Positions 40,491-55,417 are shown, numbered from the stretch's first letter. The stretch: DNA of 64,000 nucleotides from Octopus sinensis (GCF_006345805.1 NC_042998.1:148180001-148244000), one strand, 5' to 3'. The notes: a model not told the origin generated them from the sequence alone. Numbers and translations are program-made.

Positions 40491-41637
40491 TTATTATAAG
40501 CTTCTTGAGTCGTGGCTCTGAGTTCTACTCTTTCGATAGTTTACACGATTCGTTTAAACTAACAGAACCACAAAGCACATACAAATACAAACACACACAT
40601 GCACATATACGTGCCCATACATCAGCCACTCCACGAAACACGTTAATGTCTTCGGTCTGGCCTTTCACCATGGAACCATCATCACTAGACTTCACCAAGA
40701 ACAGCGTTACCTTTTCCCCCTACGAACTCATATACCATTTGGATTTAACATCCACCTCCTTCCTTATAGCGCCTCCACCCTGATTTCCATTAAAAAATTT
40801 TATTTTACCTTCTGCTTTTTATTTCTTAATTTTTTTAATTTTAGCTATTATTATTTTTTGACTTGTAATTTTCTTAATTTTTCATTTTAAATTTATCTTC
40901 CACGCATTTCCACGCACCCATATACATAAATTACACACGCCACATACTATATACATACCTGCCGTGCACATACGCACACATACATTTCCATATCCTAGCA
41001 TGTACAAAATCTCTTCACCTACACCGTCACGCGCACATACATGCATGTTCTCGCACATGCACAAACACACACACATACGTACACACGCATTCATACACAC
41101 GTACACGCCCCTCGATCACATGTCGTCCACCACTAAATATAACTATTGCTACTAACCTGTTCACATCCCTCCCTCAAAAACACAAACACATGCTCACAAA
41201 CACACACACACACACACACACACACATGCTCACAAACGCACACACACACACACAAACACACATACATACTCACACAAACACACATTGGTCATTTTTGCAC
41301 TCTCCTGTCTTCAAAAGATCACTTTCTCTGTCTCTCTCTTCATTTCCGGTCAGTTACTTTTCAGCCATGTAACGACACACGTGCTTTTCTCAGACTACTC
41401 TTTTCTTTCTCCCTGGACTTCTTCCTGTTCCTTCTTTCTGACAAAGAACTATGCTCGAAAAGTCACACACCCTCTTTTTCTAAATCTTAAACTTTCTCTC
41501 AGCGTCAGGCTAATATATCCTGTCTGCGTCCTCTTGACTTTAGTTGTTTTCCTAATTTTAGTTCTGATTTGTATGTGTGTGTGTGTATGTATGTATGTAT
41601 GTATGTATGTATGTATGATGTATGTATGTATGTATGT

Positions 41638-42050
41638 AACCCAGTACTACCTGTTGCACGGGTCGTTGGCGACTAAACCGGCAATCCAATAAATGTCTTA
41701 AAGCTGTATCATGCGCGGGGACATAGAAATAATCGGATTGAATACCCGATCGCGCAGTTAAACCATTGGGAGTGAAGAACTCCTAGCCTTTGTCAGGGAA
41801 TCCTTCTAGGAGAAGGCAACTCAGGTAACTGGGATAACTCCAACATAAAACTGCGGCTCAGTGGTTACCGATGATGTTGACTTGTTTTTCTTTTCGGATT
41901 ATGGCTGCTGTTGTTTAGTGAGTGGGATTGACTCAGTGCACAGCCTTTCCTCACTTAAAAAAATATCTTCTTGCAGAGGCATTGCACGATAACAACATTG
42001 ATTAAGCTTCGTGCAATGGCCATACTCGATAACGAGGGGGCAGCCACCAT
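41638..42050 (+). mobile_element. ~410-bp non-autonomous RTE-derived (bipartite) element in (TATG)n
   Basis: The 5' part has ccttctaggagaaggcaactc, resembling the RTE 5'-UTR motif. The 3' end acgagggggcagccaccat runs into (gtat)n, and the same 3' end recurs on the minus strand at about 63430-63452. Confidence 0.6.
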
Positions 42051-42069
42051 GTATGTATGTATGAATATG

Positions 42070-42101
<32 letters not shown>

Positions 42102-42159
42102 TGTATGTATGTATGTATGTATGTATGTATGTATGTATGTATGTATATATATATGTATG

Positions 42160-42195
<36 letters not shown>

Positions 42196-42424
42196 ATATA
42201 TATATATATGTATGTATATGTGTGTGTGTATGCATCTATATAAGCATACATATATACATTTATTTACACATGTATATACACACATACATTTATAAACAAA
42301 CTTGAAAAATTATCGTATGTGCAATACACACTTATATATACATGAAAATGTATATGTATACGTATAGATATATATGCATATATATAGGTATGTATGAATA
42401 TGTACTTCTATGTATGTATGTATG

Positions 42425-42458
<34 letters not shown>

Positions 42459-42841
42459 TGTATGTATGTATGTATGTATGTATGTATGTGTTTATGTATG
42501 TATACACACATACATATACATATATACATATATACATGCATACATACATACATACATACATACATAATACACATAAATTTACATATAAAAATATATAGCC
42601 TGTGCAATACATATTTATATGGCTGTGTGTAGAAAGCATTAAATGTTTATTGTAGTAAGAATGCCATAAACATCTGTAACGTTATTTCACGCCGATATCT
42701 AGTGTGATGAATGGCGAACCACGTCTTTTATCACATGATACCAATACACACACGCACACACACAAACACACACACACAAACAGACGCTCTCAGACACACA
42801 CACACCAACACACACATACACACAAAGATACATACATACAT

Positions 42842-42915
<74 letters not shown>

Positions 42916-43360
42916 CTAGCTGACGTATCCGGTAATTCCCGGGAAAGCGGGACTTATCCCTTGGTTCCGTTCTCATAATTGTTTCGCTTATTCAATAAAA
43001 GCTGTACAAAGTATGTAGCCCTTGAAACGGTTCTCGTGCATTTACAGAGAATACCGAACTGTCTTACACAGGATCTTGTTTTTAGGAATTCCCAATAAGT
43101 TATGAATACCCAAATTTTGAAGTCAGTTATGTAATAACACGAAATTAGTTATCCGATTGTAAGAATTCAAATAAAGTAGCCCCGAAAAGGGCTTTAATGC
43201 GTTCCCAGAGTATATAGAACATAAGAAGAAATACTAATAAGGTATGTATACTAAAATCGTGAAGCAGGCTAATCAGATATGAGATAATAACAATTCAAAG
43301 TAAATAACTCTGAAAAGGGCTTTTGTGCGTTTCCAGGTAATATTACGTTCAGGGGCGCTA
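42916..43360 (-). mobile_element. Possible Helitron-like 3' end fragment
   Basis: Minus strand ccgggaattaccgg hairpin followed by CTAG (42916-42919), next to (TA)n; internal ~45-bp direct repeat (aattcaaa..gaaaagggctt..tgcgtt.ccag). Confidence 0.35.
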
Positions 43361-43528
43361 GTGTTGGTGTATTCGTGAATTAGTTACTAACTGAAATAAG
43401 TGGATCTATTGTTTAGGAAAATACTATTTACTTGTTTAAGGGCTATACTGGATAAATTGCGAAAATAACTTTGAAGGGCTGAAGGCTTTTCCATAAAAAA
43501 TAGATTTAGATAAAATTTTATGTATATA

Positions 43529-44416
43529 CGAGGAAGTACTCAAAGTAACCGGTAATGTTCTCTGTGGGACAAGCCCGTAGTAGTTCAGGCTTCTGCCACT
43601 AGAAGCCACTAGATGCGACCTTCAGGCATTAATCTGCCGACCGGTGTCATCGAGTGAGGTCGTACGACTACCTGGTGCGTCTTTGCTTTGCAGTGCTTCT
43701 CCCCTGTTTGTCGATTTTCGCAATGACTGAAAGGAAGGAACAGCGTGCTTTTGTAAAATTCTGTTTCTGCTGGGGAAAACGGTGGCCTAAACAGCTGTCA
43801 GGCGCATGACAGCTTACAAGGACGTTGCCATGAGCAAAACACAAGTTTACGAGTGGTTTTCACGCTTTAGGAATGATCACTTCTCGCTTGAAAACCAACC
43901 ACGTTCAAAACGATCATCGATTTCCTGAACGAAAGAAATCATGAAAATACACGAACTGATGTTGGAAGACCGGCACCGAACAATTGACGAACTTGTTGAT
44001 GTGACTAGTGTGTTCTGGAGCTCCAACAAGCGAATTTTAAGCGAGGAATTGCAAATGAAAAGAGTTGCAGCAAAATTTATGTCTCGCTTGCTCACGGAAG
44101 ATCAAAAGCTGTCACGATTGAATGCGTGTCTGAACTGAAAGAGCAGATGGAAGTTGATCCGGACCCTTTTTTGAAGATCATCACTGGTGACGAAAGCTGG
44201 TGCTACGGAATTTGCAGATGTGGAATAAGTGAAGAAAAAAATCGACGAAGGCGTTAAAAGGCGTTCCAGTACTGCTTCAAACAGTGGAAAACGCACCTAG
44301 ACTGCTACATTGCTTCAAATGGAGACTACTTTGAAGGCGATAAAAGCGTAAAAATGTAAAACTAAGTGAATAAAATAATATTGCAAAATTCCAGTTTCTT
44401 TTGGGTACCCACCTCG
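43529..44416 (+). mobile_element. Internally deleted mariner with both TIRs
   Basis: TIRs TAcgaggaagtactcaaagtaaccgg / ccagtttcttttgggtacccacctcg. Reads MTERKEQRAFVKFCF..MSKTQVYEWFSRF..MKRVAAKFMSRLLTEDQK..ITGDESWCYG, then jumps to the C-terminus GDYFEGDK. Confidence 0.92.
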
Positions 44417-44860
44417 TGTGTGTCTAATAACTTCGATAGATATACTACCTTCCTCCTCTTTGTAGTGTTCATACTATGTTCTTTCTATATAACATTTATC
44501 AGTTAACGGTTTTGAGTCGTACACTCAACGCACTGGAACATAAAAATGTAATGGTATGTATTTAGCCACCTCCGATGAGATACAGCTTTAAATTGTTTTT
44601 AATTATACTAATTAATTTCTAAAAGTCTTGAATCGAAACAGCTGTCAGAGATGGTGTCCTATTTTATAATTAATAAATATTTATTAATTTATCTATCTCT
44701 CTATTTTCTTATTTTCTTAAACATATATATAAACCTCGGTTTATCCAGTTACCTTACAGTTGCATATTAATTATAATATTCAATACTTCTTATAATAGGT
44801 ATTGGATTTATTATCCCTTAATGACATTTGTAACCTTTATTTGAACTTATACACACACAC

Positions 44861-44891
<31 letters not shown>

Positions 44892-44941
44892 TATATATTA
44901 TATATATATATATATATATGTATGTATATATGTATATATAT

Positions 44942-45020
<79 letters not shown>

Positions 45021-45048
45021 CACACACACACGCTTATAAATATATATA

Positions 45049-45285
45049 CAGGATTGGCCAAAACTCACCCGACAGCAAATTAAAATTCCATAAATACTTA
45101 ATATTCAATATTATTTATTCATTCCATTATGAATGTGTAATAATTGAATACTGTGCACTAAAATCAATGGTTTTTTTTTTCAACATTTGTCTATTTATTA
45201 GCGAAGTCTCATATGAAATAATATTTAGCTTTATCTTAGGATTAAATGGTTTTGATATATAGGTCAGGTAACTTTTTGGTCAACC

Positions 45286-45288
<3 letters not shown>
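45049..45288. mobile_element. 240-bp Tc1/mariner-type MITE
   Basis: TA flanks and imperfect ~25-bp TIRs (caggattggccaaaactcacccgac / gtcaggtaactttttggtcaaccctg). Confidence 0.8.
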
Positions 45289-45328
<40 letters not shown>

Positions 45329-45554
45329 GAGGGAATATTATTCCAAATTTACAGGGGAAATTCAATTTAGAAATACTAAATCAAATTTCACAAATATAAT
45401 ATATATATATATATAAATTAGAAAAAAACACCTTTTATCAATTCAATAATGAAAAATTAAATTATACCATTTAGAAAAATGACATATAATATGTAATTTT
45501 TCTAATTTATACACACACACACACGTATATATATATGTATACATTATATATATA

Positions 45555-45617
<63 letters not shown>

Positions 45618-45648
45618 CATATATATATATATATACATATATATGCAT

Positions 45649-45712
<64 letters not shown>

Positions 45713-45761
45713 ATATAATATATATATATATATATAATAATATATATATATATATATTATA

Positions 45762-45791
<30 letters not shown>

Positions 45792-45793
<2 letters not shown>

Positions 45794-46098
45794 GCATGAA
45801 GATAGCTATATGAAGAGCTCCTACGTAAAGAAGTCAAAAGAAAATAAGTAAAAATAGACCCGGGAATGGAGATAGATTGAAAGTGACAATGAGGGAGAGA
45901 AAAAGAAAACGTTTATGGGGGCTGGTGTAATGAAATATTTACATTTTTCACACGAGCAATCATTGTGTTTTTATGTTTTTATGAGTTATCATAGGCTTCT
46001 CTGGGCAATGTTTTGCACGGGCTTCTTCATGGAAATAGCGCACGTTTAGCGCGAGATTAAGTACTCTTATAATGTTTGGGTTACGTATGATTGTATCA
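45792..46098. repeat. Unclassified ~320-bp dispersed repeat, copy 2
   Basis: Same-orientation partner of 39117-39442; both begin atgcatgaa.atagct immediately after a microsatellite. Confidence 0.85.
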
Positions 46099-47244
46099 TC
46101 TGGATAAGGGATGATATTACAGTAGAAATTGACACGATCTTGTCAACAGGTCGAGATAATCCGTTTGAAGTCCTCTTAAGTGCGTGGAAGAAAACAGTAA
46201 CCAAATCACTGTGGATCACGATATAAATTTTATCGGAAATGATAAAAATCTCAAAGAGCCTGAAAATGGGATAAATAACCTCTAAATATGAAAATCGGTG
46301 CCGTGCAGGTGTTGCAAAGTACAGGCTTATCTCACAGACAAATTAATTACGGGTTTATCTTAATGATGGAAGCAAGGTCATTGAATAATTATCAAAGCAA
46401 GACAATGTTCTAATAATCTATTCAATAGTAGTCAGAACTTATTGCATCAGTCACGACATATTAAAATATCTTGTACAATAATACCGCTGAATGTTAAAGA
46501 AGTGAGGTTTATGTTACTTAAAGATCGTATATACGAAGTCTCTGCGAAGATATCAGTGAGACAAAGTGAAGTTTCGGAAATTTATTTTAGAAACTTCGGA
46601 AACTGTACATTATTGCGAGTTCTTTAGATATGTTATATGAAGAAGAGTGTCGTTGTATTAACCAAGCCCCGAGTTGACAAAATGTGACTCGAAGAAGAGT
46701 CATTGGCATCACACAATGGAATGATAAGATAGTATTTTATATGTAAATTTTAAAGGGCAACATCCTTACAATGAGAGATCCTCTACGTGGTCAAATGACT
46801 TGCTAGAACTAGCAGCCAAATCTTTCGTAACTCACACCCATTTTTTTAAAATGAGAAGCATATATATAATTTAATAAAAATTACTTGAAGACGATATGAT
46901 TACTGATAGAACGCCATTGATCATAGATCTGCTTGGATCAGGATTAACCACAATGCATCCGCCTTACGATCTAATGACGTCATTTATGACACATTGTGTT
47001 TTCTGTCAGGCGCTGTCTTCCAGCGTCCGAGTGCACACGAACGTGTTGAATATGGTTGTACACGATTATAACAACAATAAAGTTTCTTTCGTCGAAGTTC
47101 TATTTGCATAAAGGACTGACTATATCGATGATTTAAGAACTTGTAGGAACACCAACGTTTTTGGCATAATATATCTGCAGAGATAATCTTAACAAGTGAT
47201 GCCGTAATTTAATATGACTGAAGTCTCTGTGAAGAGAATGTCAG

Positions 47245-47378
<134 letters not shown>

Positions 47379-47487
47379 TGTGTCTATGAGACTTCAGACT
47401 GTGGTGAGGTAAGAAATATATCTGCAACACCTTTTGGGAAATAATGGAAGGATTGCTAGTAACTGGAGAAGTTTTGATATAAACATA

Positions 47488-47762
47488 GTGGCGGATTGGC
47501 TGAGTCGGTAGAGTCGGACAGAATTTTTTCGTGGATTTTGTTCCCGCTCTCTGTGTTATGTGTTCAAATCCTGCTGCGGTCGATTATGTCTTGTACCCTT
47601 TCAGAGTCGATAAAAAGTACGAGCCCTCGTCGGTGAATTGGCGAACCTGCAAGAATGTCGGATCCAATGTCTTGCAATATTTGTCTCGGCTCTTCGTGCT
47701 CTGTGTTCGAATCCTACTTGGTTCGTAGACTTTATCCTTCATCCAGTTTAACACCATGATTT
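47488..47762 (+). mobile_element. Two decayed, adjacent SINE family B copies
   Basis: Two tRNA-like heads with B boxes (gtgttcaaatcc, gtgttcgaatcc), each followed by family B body remnants. Confidence 0.55.
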
Positions 47763-48077
47763 GTCACTTTTGATGTCTTTCGCGAAGTCCATTCAGCCAT
47801 GATTTTGATTTTAGGAACGGTTCCTTCTTCTCGCCCATTAATATTCAGAGGCCCTGTAGAATGTCGTGGGCACTACCTTCTGTTCAAAACTATGAAAAGT
47901 AGAATGCAGACTGTCACTCAGAGCAATTAGATGAAACTGGGGAGTATTTTGAGGATAAATTCACCACAAGAATAAGATCCTATTTTAGAAATCAATATAG
48001 GATGTATCATAGACAACAGAAGTATAGAAGTAGCGAAAGGAGATTAGTATGAATAGCATATGTAGCTGGGATTGGGT

Positions 48078-48184
<107 letters not shown>

Positions 48185-48893
48185 GTCTGTCTGTCTGTCT
48201 GTCTATCTGTCTGTCTGTCTATCTAACTCTGTCTGTCTGTCTGTCCGTCCGTCCCTCCGACCCTCCGTCCGTTCTCATGTCTGTCTGTCTGTCTGTGTCT
48301 TTGCCTGTCTGCTGTCTCTCTGTTTTTCCTCTTTCTCTGTCTTTATGTTACTCCAAAGCAAAAGTTGTCGATTTTCGTATTGCGAATAGCTGTCCGTTAC
48401 ATGCAACAAAAGTGATATTAGATTAAAATAGATACCTATGTATCATGTGAATGTTTATTCACTGTTTCCTTATATATGAGAAGTGTCAAATGTCTAAGCA
48501 TTTCTGGCTGTGAGTACAGGCCATTGACAAAACCAACTGTGGGGGAAATACTCCCTCGTCTCTCGTGCATATTGCGTTTTAAAACACACAACATCTATAA
48601 GAGTTGTTATTTCTGAACAAATACCGTAGTAAATTTTCCTTACATTAAATATGATACATAGATGGATATATATAATTCGGAACAGAAGGAATAACCAGCG
48701 ATGTATGTCGAATGTTTGTTAACGTGTAGACGTGGTTTCAACTTCATGTTGGGGTTTCCGAAGACGATGGAAAACAGTCCATGCGCATACTCTGTTGAAA
48801 CATTCTATAAAACCGTATCCATTGGGTTGCCTCAACTACCCACATGGGGTACCAGTGCTATTGATGGTGTTTGTCTGAAACTTTAGTCTACTT

Positions 48894-49222
48894 CAGTGGT
48901 TCTCAACCGGAGTCCATATGGCTCCTTGGGGTAGATATTTAATTTTTGGGGCCCACACAAGCAAAATAGTAAATTTGTCCACACTTGTATATTAAGGGTC
49001 CTTGAAAAGTTTTGATTTAGATGTATTTTTTGCAAGAAACAGCTCAGTTTTTTGTCTAATATTTAATGTAGTTCAACCTACACAAGTTGAGAATAGCAAA
49101 ACAGAAATTTTGAAAGATGTGTCTATAGAACTAGTTTTTAAACATCGAGTGATTTTGGGGGTCCACCGGAATAAAATAGTAATCAAGGGGAGTCTATAGA
49201 TAAAAATGATTGAAAACCACTC
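48894..49222. mobile_element. hAT (Charlie-type) MITE
   Basis: TIRs cagtggttctcaacc / gattgaaaaccactc, with a decayed 8-bp TSD gtctactt / gtctacaa. Confidence 0.75.
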
Positions 49223-49779
49223 GTCTACAATCATAGAAAATGACTCGTTGACAGAAATTAGGTTGGATACCGGGGTTTCCCCATATGATTCTTAAGACAA
49301 TGAGCCAGTATTTAAAGACACCTGGATATGCGTTTATATAGAAGACCAGCAGAGTCGTCCCTTTCAATGCCACCGATGTTGTCTAAAGGAAAGCGGTGTC
49401 TGTAAAGGAAAAAATTCAACAGGTTAATAAATCCCAAGCATATACGCATACACACACACACACGTACATAATAAATAGTTTGGCAGACACACATTCGCCA
49501 TTCAGAAATACAGACTTAAATTCTCTTTCATATTTATTATTTGGTGTCAATGTTTTTGTCGTACTATCTGCGACTTGGTCTCTGACACGGTTCCACTATT
49601 GCTGTTTCAGTGACCAGGTTGCAGTTGGTGCGACGAAAAGCTTGACTCCAAATAATAGATGGTTATGTGAGATTAATAGTTTTGTGTGGTTTCGAATGGC
49701 TAATTCATTTACGTTGTGACTGTTTTAATTCCAACGCAGACTTAGATCAAATCACTTGTTAGGAAAATACATCTCAGTC

Positions 49780-50352
<573 letters not shown>

Positions 50353-50358
50353 CATATC

Positions 50359-50471
<113 letters not shown>

Positions 50472-50966
50472 CATTTGTCTGTTTGTCCGACACAGTCTTG
50501 CTCTCTGCTTACTTGCCTGTCTGTCTGTCTGCTTGTCTACCCGCCTGCCTTGCTGCCGGCCTGTCTGCCTACCTGTCAGTTTTTCTGCATGTGTGTCTGT
50601 TTGCATTATATCAATTTCATTCGGGTGTTCACCTCTTTTACTCTTTTAAATCTGGATTTTACTCTTTCAATTTAGAGCACTGCCTTCGCATCTTGCAAAC
50701 GTAAATAATTATGTCTGAAGATATCTGTCTTATAAAAGAATAATTAAAGAAGACCGGCTATTACCAAGCCAAATGATTTATACATTTTCTGGAAACAAAA
50801 ACAAACAAAAGAAAGTGTGATTATCAGTTAATCTACTGTCTTGTTTTCTGTTTATCCTTTCCTCTGTTCCTCATCGCATGTGTTGATCGGTTAATTTAAA
50901 TTGTGATTCATTCTGTATTTATTTATTTATCTATCGGTTTATCTATTTATTTACTTTATTAGTTTA

Positions 50967-51343
50967 TTCTTTTGATTGTTTCAGTCATTTAGCTGTGGCT
51001 GTGCTGGAGCACCCACTTGAAGGATTCTTAGTCGAAACAATTGACCCCCAGGACCCATTTTTTAAAACCTAGTAATTATTCTATCGGTCCTTTTGCCAAA
51101 CCGCTAAGTTTTGGACATAAACGCACCAGCACCGGTTGTCAAGCGGTGATGGGGATGGGGTCAAGCACATACACACACACACACACACACACGCGCACAC
51201 ACACACACGATGGACTTATTTCAGCCTCGATCTACCAAATCCACTTACAGGAGTTTAGTCGGCCAGAGGCTATAGTAGAAAACACTTGCCCAAGGTGCCA
51301 CGCAGTGGTACTCTATCCGGAACCATGTGGTTGAGAACCTGCT
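50967..51343 (-). mobile_element. SINE family A copy
   Basis: Body and tail similar to the other copies; the head is truncated. Confidence 0.85.
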
Positions 51344-51604
51344 TGTGATATACAAATGTATGAACACACAAATTTACTATTGATATGAATTCGTGACAAT
51401 ACACGTTCTCTGTTGCAAATGAACTTTTTACATGGTTCTGATGAATCAATACAGTTTAAGTCTATTGTTACATATATTATATAATACAGCAATTCTCTCG
51501 AGTTCGAAAGCCGAGGAAATTCAAGTAATAAAACAACTTGCTCACTCCAAAATACTTGTTAACAAATAAATAAGTGAATAATTAATACATGTATAGCACC
51601 CCCC

Positions 51605-51677
<73 letters not shown>

Positions 51678-52187
51678 CTTACATGCAAAAATATTTATTG
51701 CAATTACCTATTACGGATAAAACGAAATGTTTCCTATGAATATGTTTCATGAGAAAAACTAGAAAAAAAGGCAAAATGCAGGCTTTAATCAAAGTATCCG
51801 CATGGGACATAACTCTGCATTTCTATTGTCTCCCTTGATATTTAAGTTATCTCTCTTGCATCTATTCTAATTTAGTGGATATCAAAATTGAACTGATGCA
51901 ATGTGGTGTGATGTGACGTGATGTGAATGTATGGAGGTTGAGATGGGCGGTGGAGGTGGTGGTTTTCGTGTTTATCCTTTGATGGATGAGAAGCTAAGTT
52001 GATGAGAATAGAAATATGTTTCCTCTTGGTACTTTTGTAGTTAGTCTATCAGATCCGTACACACACACACACAACACACACACACACACACACACAACCA
52101 AGTATGTATGTTTATAGATATGCGTGTATGTATATATATATGCATTTATGCATCAATATGTATATAGTTATGTATATATATTATTAT

Positions 52188-52242
<55 letters not shown>

Positions 52243-52549
52243 AAATCTATACATACATATATACATACATACATACATATACGTGCACAGATATCAGAGA
52301 CACACACAATTAAGACTTTGACCCTGTTTTCAGTATAGATTCACATTATCCATAAATGTTCAGTAGTTTTCCTTTAAAATGCCTTAAAACAAAAACAACA
52401 ACCGCAATAGTGGTTTCAAAATTTGGCTCAAGGTCATCAAATTTAGGATAGGACGTTAGACGATTACTTCCATCGCAGTGCTCAACTGGTATTTATCGAC
52501 AAAGATATTTTTACAACGACAGCATCAACAATAAAAATGGTGATGACAT

Positions 52550-53165
52550 CTTTTATTTCCTAGAGGGGCACCAGAGGAAGGGTCATTACAAGTACACTTT
52601 GCAGTCCGTGTATGAGCAAGAAAGGGAGAGGAGAGATAACTAAGATAAATATTGATAGAATACAAAATATATGAACATATCTATGATGCAGTCCATCTGA
52701 TACAGTAGAGCCAACAACTACGGCCAGTGAAAGTACTCCGAAATCACCCTGACTATTATGGGCTCAAAAACTCGTCCGACTTTGGTTTTCTAGTCTACAG
52801 TTTAGAATAGCCATTTACCCAAGTATAAACATGCTTAGAGTAAACATTTACCCTAACCATTCTTGCTCTAGCCTCCCACATTTTCACCAATTCATTGAAA
52901 GAAATCACTTCCCTCTCTGCCCTCACCTTCTTTTCCAAGTGGAACTTTAAAAAGTCGACTGAAAAGGAAAGTGTCATTCTTCAATTCTTTCAGCCTCGTC
53001 CACCACACAGCCTCTTTCGCTATAGTCACTAGAAAGAGAAACATCACCTGCTCTACTTTATGACAGGTAGGAGGTGGGATGATCTTCACCATGGACTCGG
53101 CCGATAGCTCGATTCGTCTAACATGCAACAGTAGCTGTTCGTCATAACTCCATAAGTTAGGATGA
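52550..53165 (-). mobile_element. Tx1-clade LINE 3' end
   Basis: LWSYDEQLLLHVRRIELSAESMVKIIPPP..LVTIAKEAVWWTRLK and FLKFHLEKKVRAEREV; homologous to 5640-5745. Confidence 0.75.
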
Positions 53166-53196
53166 AGATGCGCGCGCGCGTGCGTGTGTGTGTGTG

Positions 53197-53233
<37 letters not shown>

Positions 53234-53482
53234 GGAGAGTAAAAGAGGGAGATAGAGAGAGCAAATGAGAGAGCGAGAGTAAAAGAGGATTTTTAATATA
53301 GAATAACTCAAAACATAAGGTATTGTTTTCCCCTTTTCCTATATTAGCAGTGTTTTTCTATTTAAGTGACTAAAGGGCAAGGAGTTTCGTGCGAAAGTAC
53401 TTCGCAAACTTTAGATTGATACAGTTTGTGTGAGAGGTGTGTGATTTTATTCATAGATTATATATATATGTTTGTGTATATC

Positions 53483-53567
<85 letters not shown>

Positions 53568-53570
53568 ATG

Positions 53571-53610
<40 letters not shown>

Positions 53611-53611
<1 letters not shown>

Positions 53612-54096
53612 AGGGTTATTCAAAAAGAATGAAATGATTTCATTACGCAATATTTTAATAAAAAGAAGCAATAGAAAACTCCATCTAAGTCCCAAGTATT
53701 TACTCACAATCAACTTTTATTTCCTGTCTTTACAAGTGTTCATTGTAGCCACTACCTGCAGCACGGGCAATATCAATGTGATAAGAGAATTCCTCCCAGA
53801 CGCGTATCAGCATATCACGATCCACTGAGTTGATCGCTGTTGTTATTCGATGTTTAAGGTTATTGAGGTTAGTGGGTAGCGGTGGAACATAAACGCTCTT
53901 TGACATATCCCCACAAGAAAAAAATCACACACGGTGAGTTCTGGGGAAATTTATCGTGATATGTTGATACGCACCTGGGAGGAATTCTCTTATCGCATTG
54001 ATATTGCTGCAGGTAGTGGTCACATTTGAAGACAGGAAATAAAAGTTATTAAAATACGGCGTAATTAAATCGGTGCATTCTGTTTGAATAACCCTG
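53611..54096. mobile_element. 486-bp rosa-like Tc1/mariner derivative built from two copies of the same end
   Basis: TA flanks and identical terminal cagggttattcaaa. The left part is a minus-strand transposase C-terminus (PELTVCDFF/WGYVK..DRDMLIRVWEEFSY). Positions 53954-54096 are an inverted copy of the same 3' end. Confidence 0.85.
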
Positions 54097-54121
54097 TATA
54101 TATGTGTATGTGTGTGTGCGC

Positions 54122-54183
<62 letters not shown>

Positions 54184-54417
54184 TAACTTGTATGTACATA
54201 CATATGTACGACTACTACTGTTAATAAAGCAATAGAACGTTGCCCTAATGTTCTGTTGTGGCTTAAGCATCGCATTGCATTTGGAATATCGAACGTAGTG
54301 TTCCAAACAACCATAATGGTGAAACGTACGTAGGAACAAATGATACAGAATTGTGTTTATTGTTATTTCTTAAATACATACATACATACATTCTGTCTCT
54401 GTGTTCTCGCATACTTT

Positions 54418-54586
<169 letters not shown>

Positions 54587-54662
54587 AAATGTAACTACAT
54601 GTAGATCGTAGGAGATTTTTTTCCTCCATCTTCTTTTTCTCTTGGACTTTCCCCTGCCTCCT

Positions 54663-54697
54663 GTTTCTGAAGAAGAGCTTTGCTCGTAATATAAAAC
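54663..54697 (+). ncRNA. Inactivated hammerhead motif in a PLE-like pLTR (~54600-54825)
   Basis: gttt CTGAAGA A gagc-ttt-gctc GTA ATAT A aaac. Stems I and II are perfect (4 bp each); A13 is mutated to T, and stem III ATAT is explicable as CpG decay of ACGT. Confidence 0.55.
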
Positions 54698-54876
54698 TAC
54701 CTTTCTTTCCTTCCTTGAGCATGTGTTAATACCTTGCATATACCACGTCCTCGCGTTGTTTTTTCTTCTTGTGTTTAGCCTTCGTTTTTTTTTTTGGGGG
54801 GGGGGTGATTAACTTTAACTATATATATATATATATATATATAATCAAAATAAGCAACAAGGATATCCAAAGGTAG

Positions 54877-54964
54877 TGTAGTACAATCGTTTCATGCTAC
54901 TTCATTTAATTAAACAATGTAAGTATTACATCAGTTTTAAAATGTAGAGCACTCTTCAGCCACA
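54877..54964 (-). ncRNA. Type I hammerhead ribozyme, left arm
   Basis: Minus strand: tgtgg CTGAAGA gtgct..long imperfect stem II..agcat GAA ACGATTGT A ctaca. Stem I is 5 bp including one G-U pair. Confidence 0.7.
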
Positions 54965-55077
54965 TATGGAATTTTTAAAATTAAATTGACAATGTTACAC
55001 CTACCCTCTTTGTAATGTAGGCAAATGGAACAAGTATAAAAATGAACATTATCAATTTAATTTAAAAAATTCCATAC

Positions 55078-55163
55078 GTGGCTGAAGAGTGCTCTACATT
55101 TTAAAACTGATGTAATACTTACATTGTTTAATTAAATGAAGTAGCATGAAACGATTGTACTAT
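55078..55163 (+). ncRNA. Type I hammerhead ribozyme, right arm
   Basis: CTGAAGA at 55082-55088; stem II gtgct/agcat; GAAA at 55148-55151; near-palindromic ACGATTGT; GUA with predicted cleavage after 55159. Confidence 0.7.
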
Positions 55164-55277
55164 ACTACCTTTGGATATCCTTGTTGCTTATTTTGATTAT
55201 AATCACCCCATTTGATTTATATGGATAATACCATACCAAATTCTGGTGCCTTTAACTTAAGTACCATATTCATCTGA

Positions 55278-55369
<92 letters not shown>

Positions 55370-55370
55370 G

Positions 55371-55417
<47 letters not shown>

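Larger units (their letters stand above)
54840..55201. mobile_element. 157-bp inverted repeat (48-nt spacer) made of two PLE-type pLTRs
   Basis: Arms 54840-54996 and 55045-55201 have 4 mismatches by manual alignment; each arm holds a hammerhead reading outward. Confidence 0.85.

Noticed and set aside
48758-48804. Possible hammerhead CCGAAGA..GAAACATT
   Set aside because: U4 is mutated, stem II needs three G-U pairs and stem I does not pair; it may be an old PLE relic but cannot be supported.
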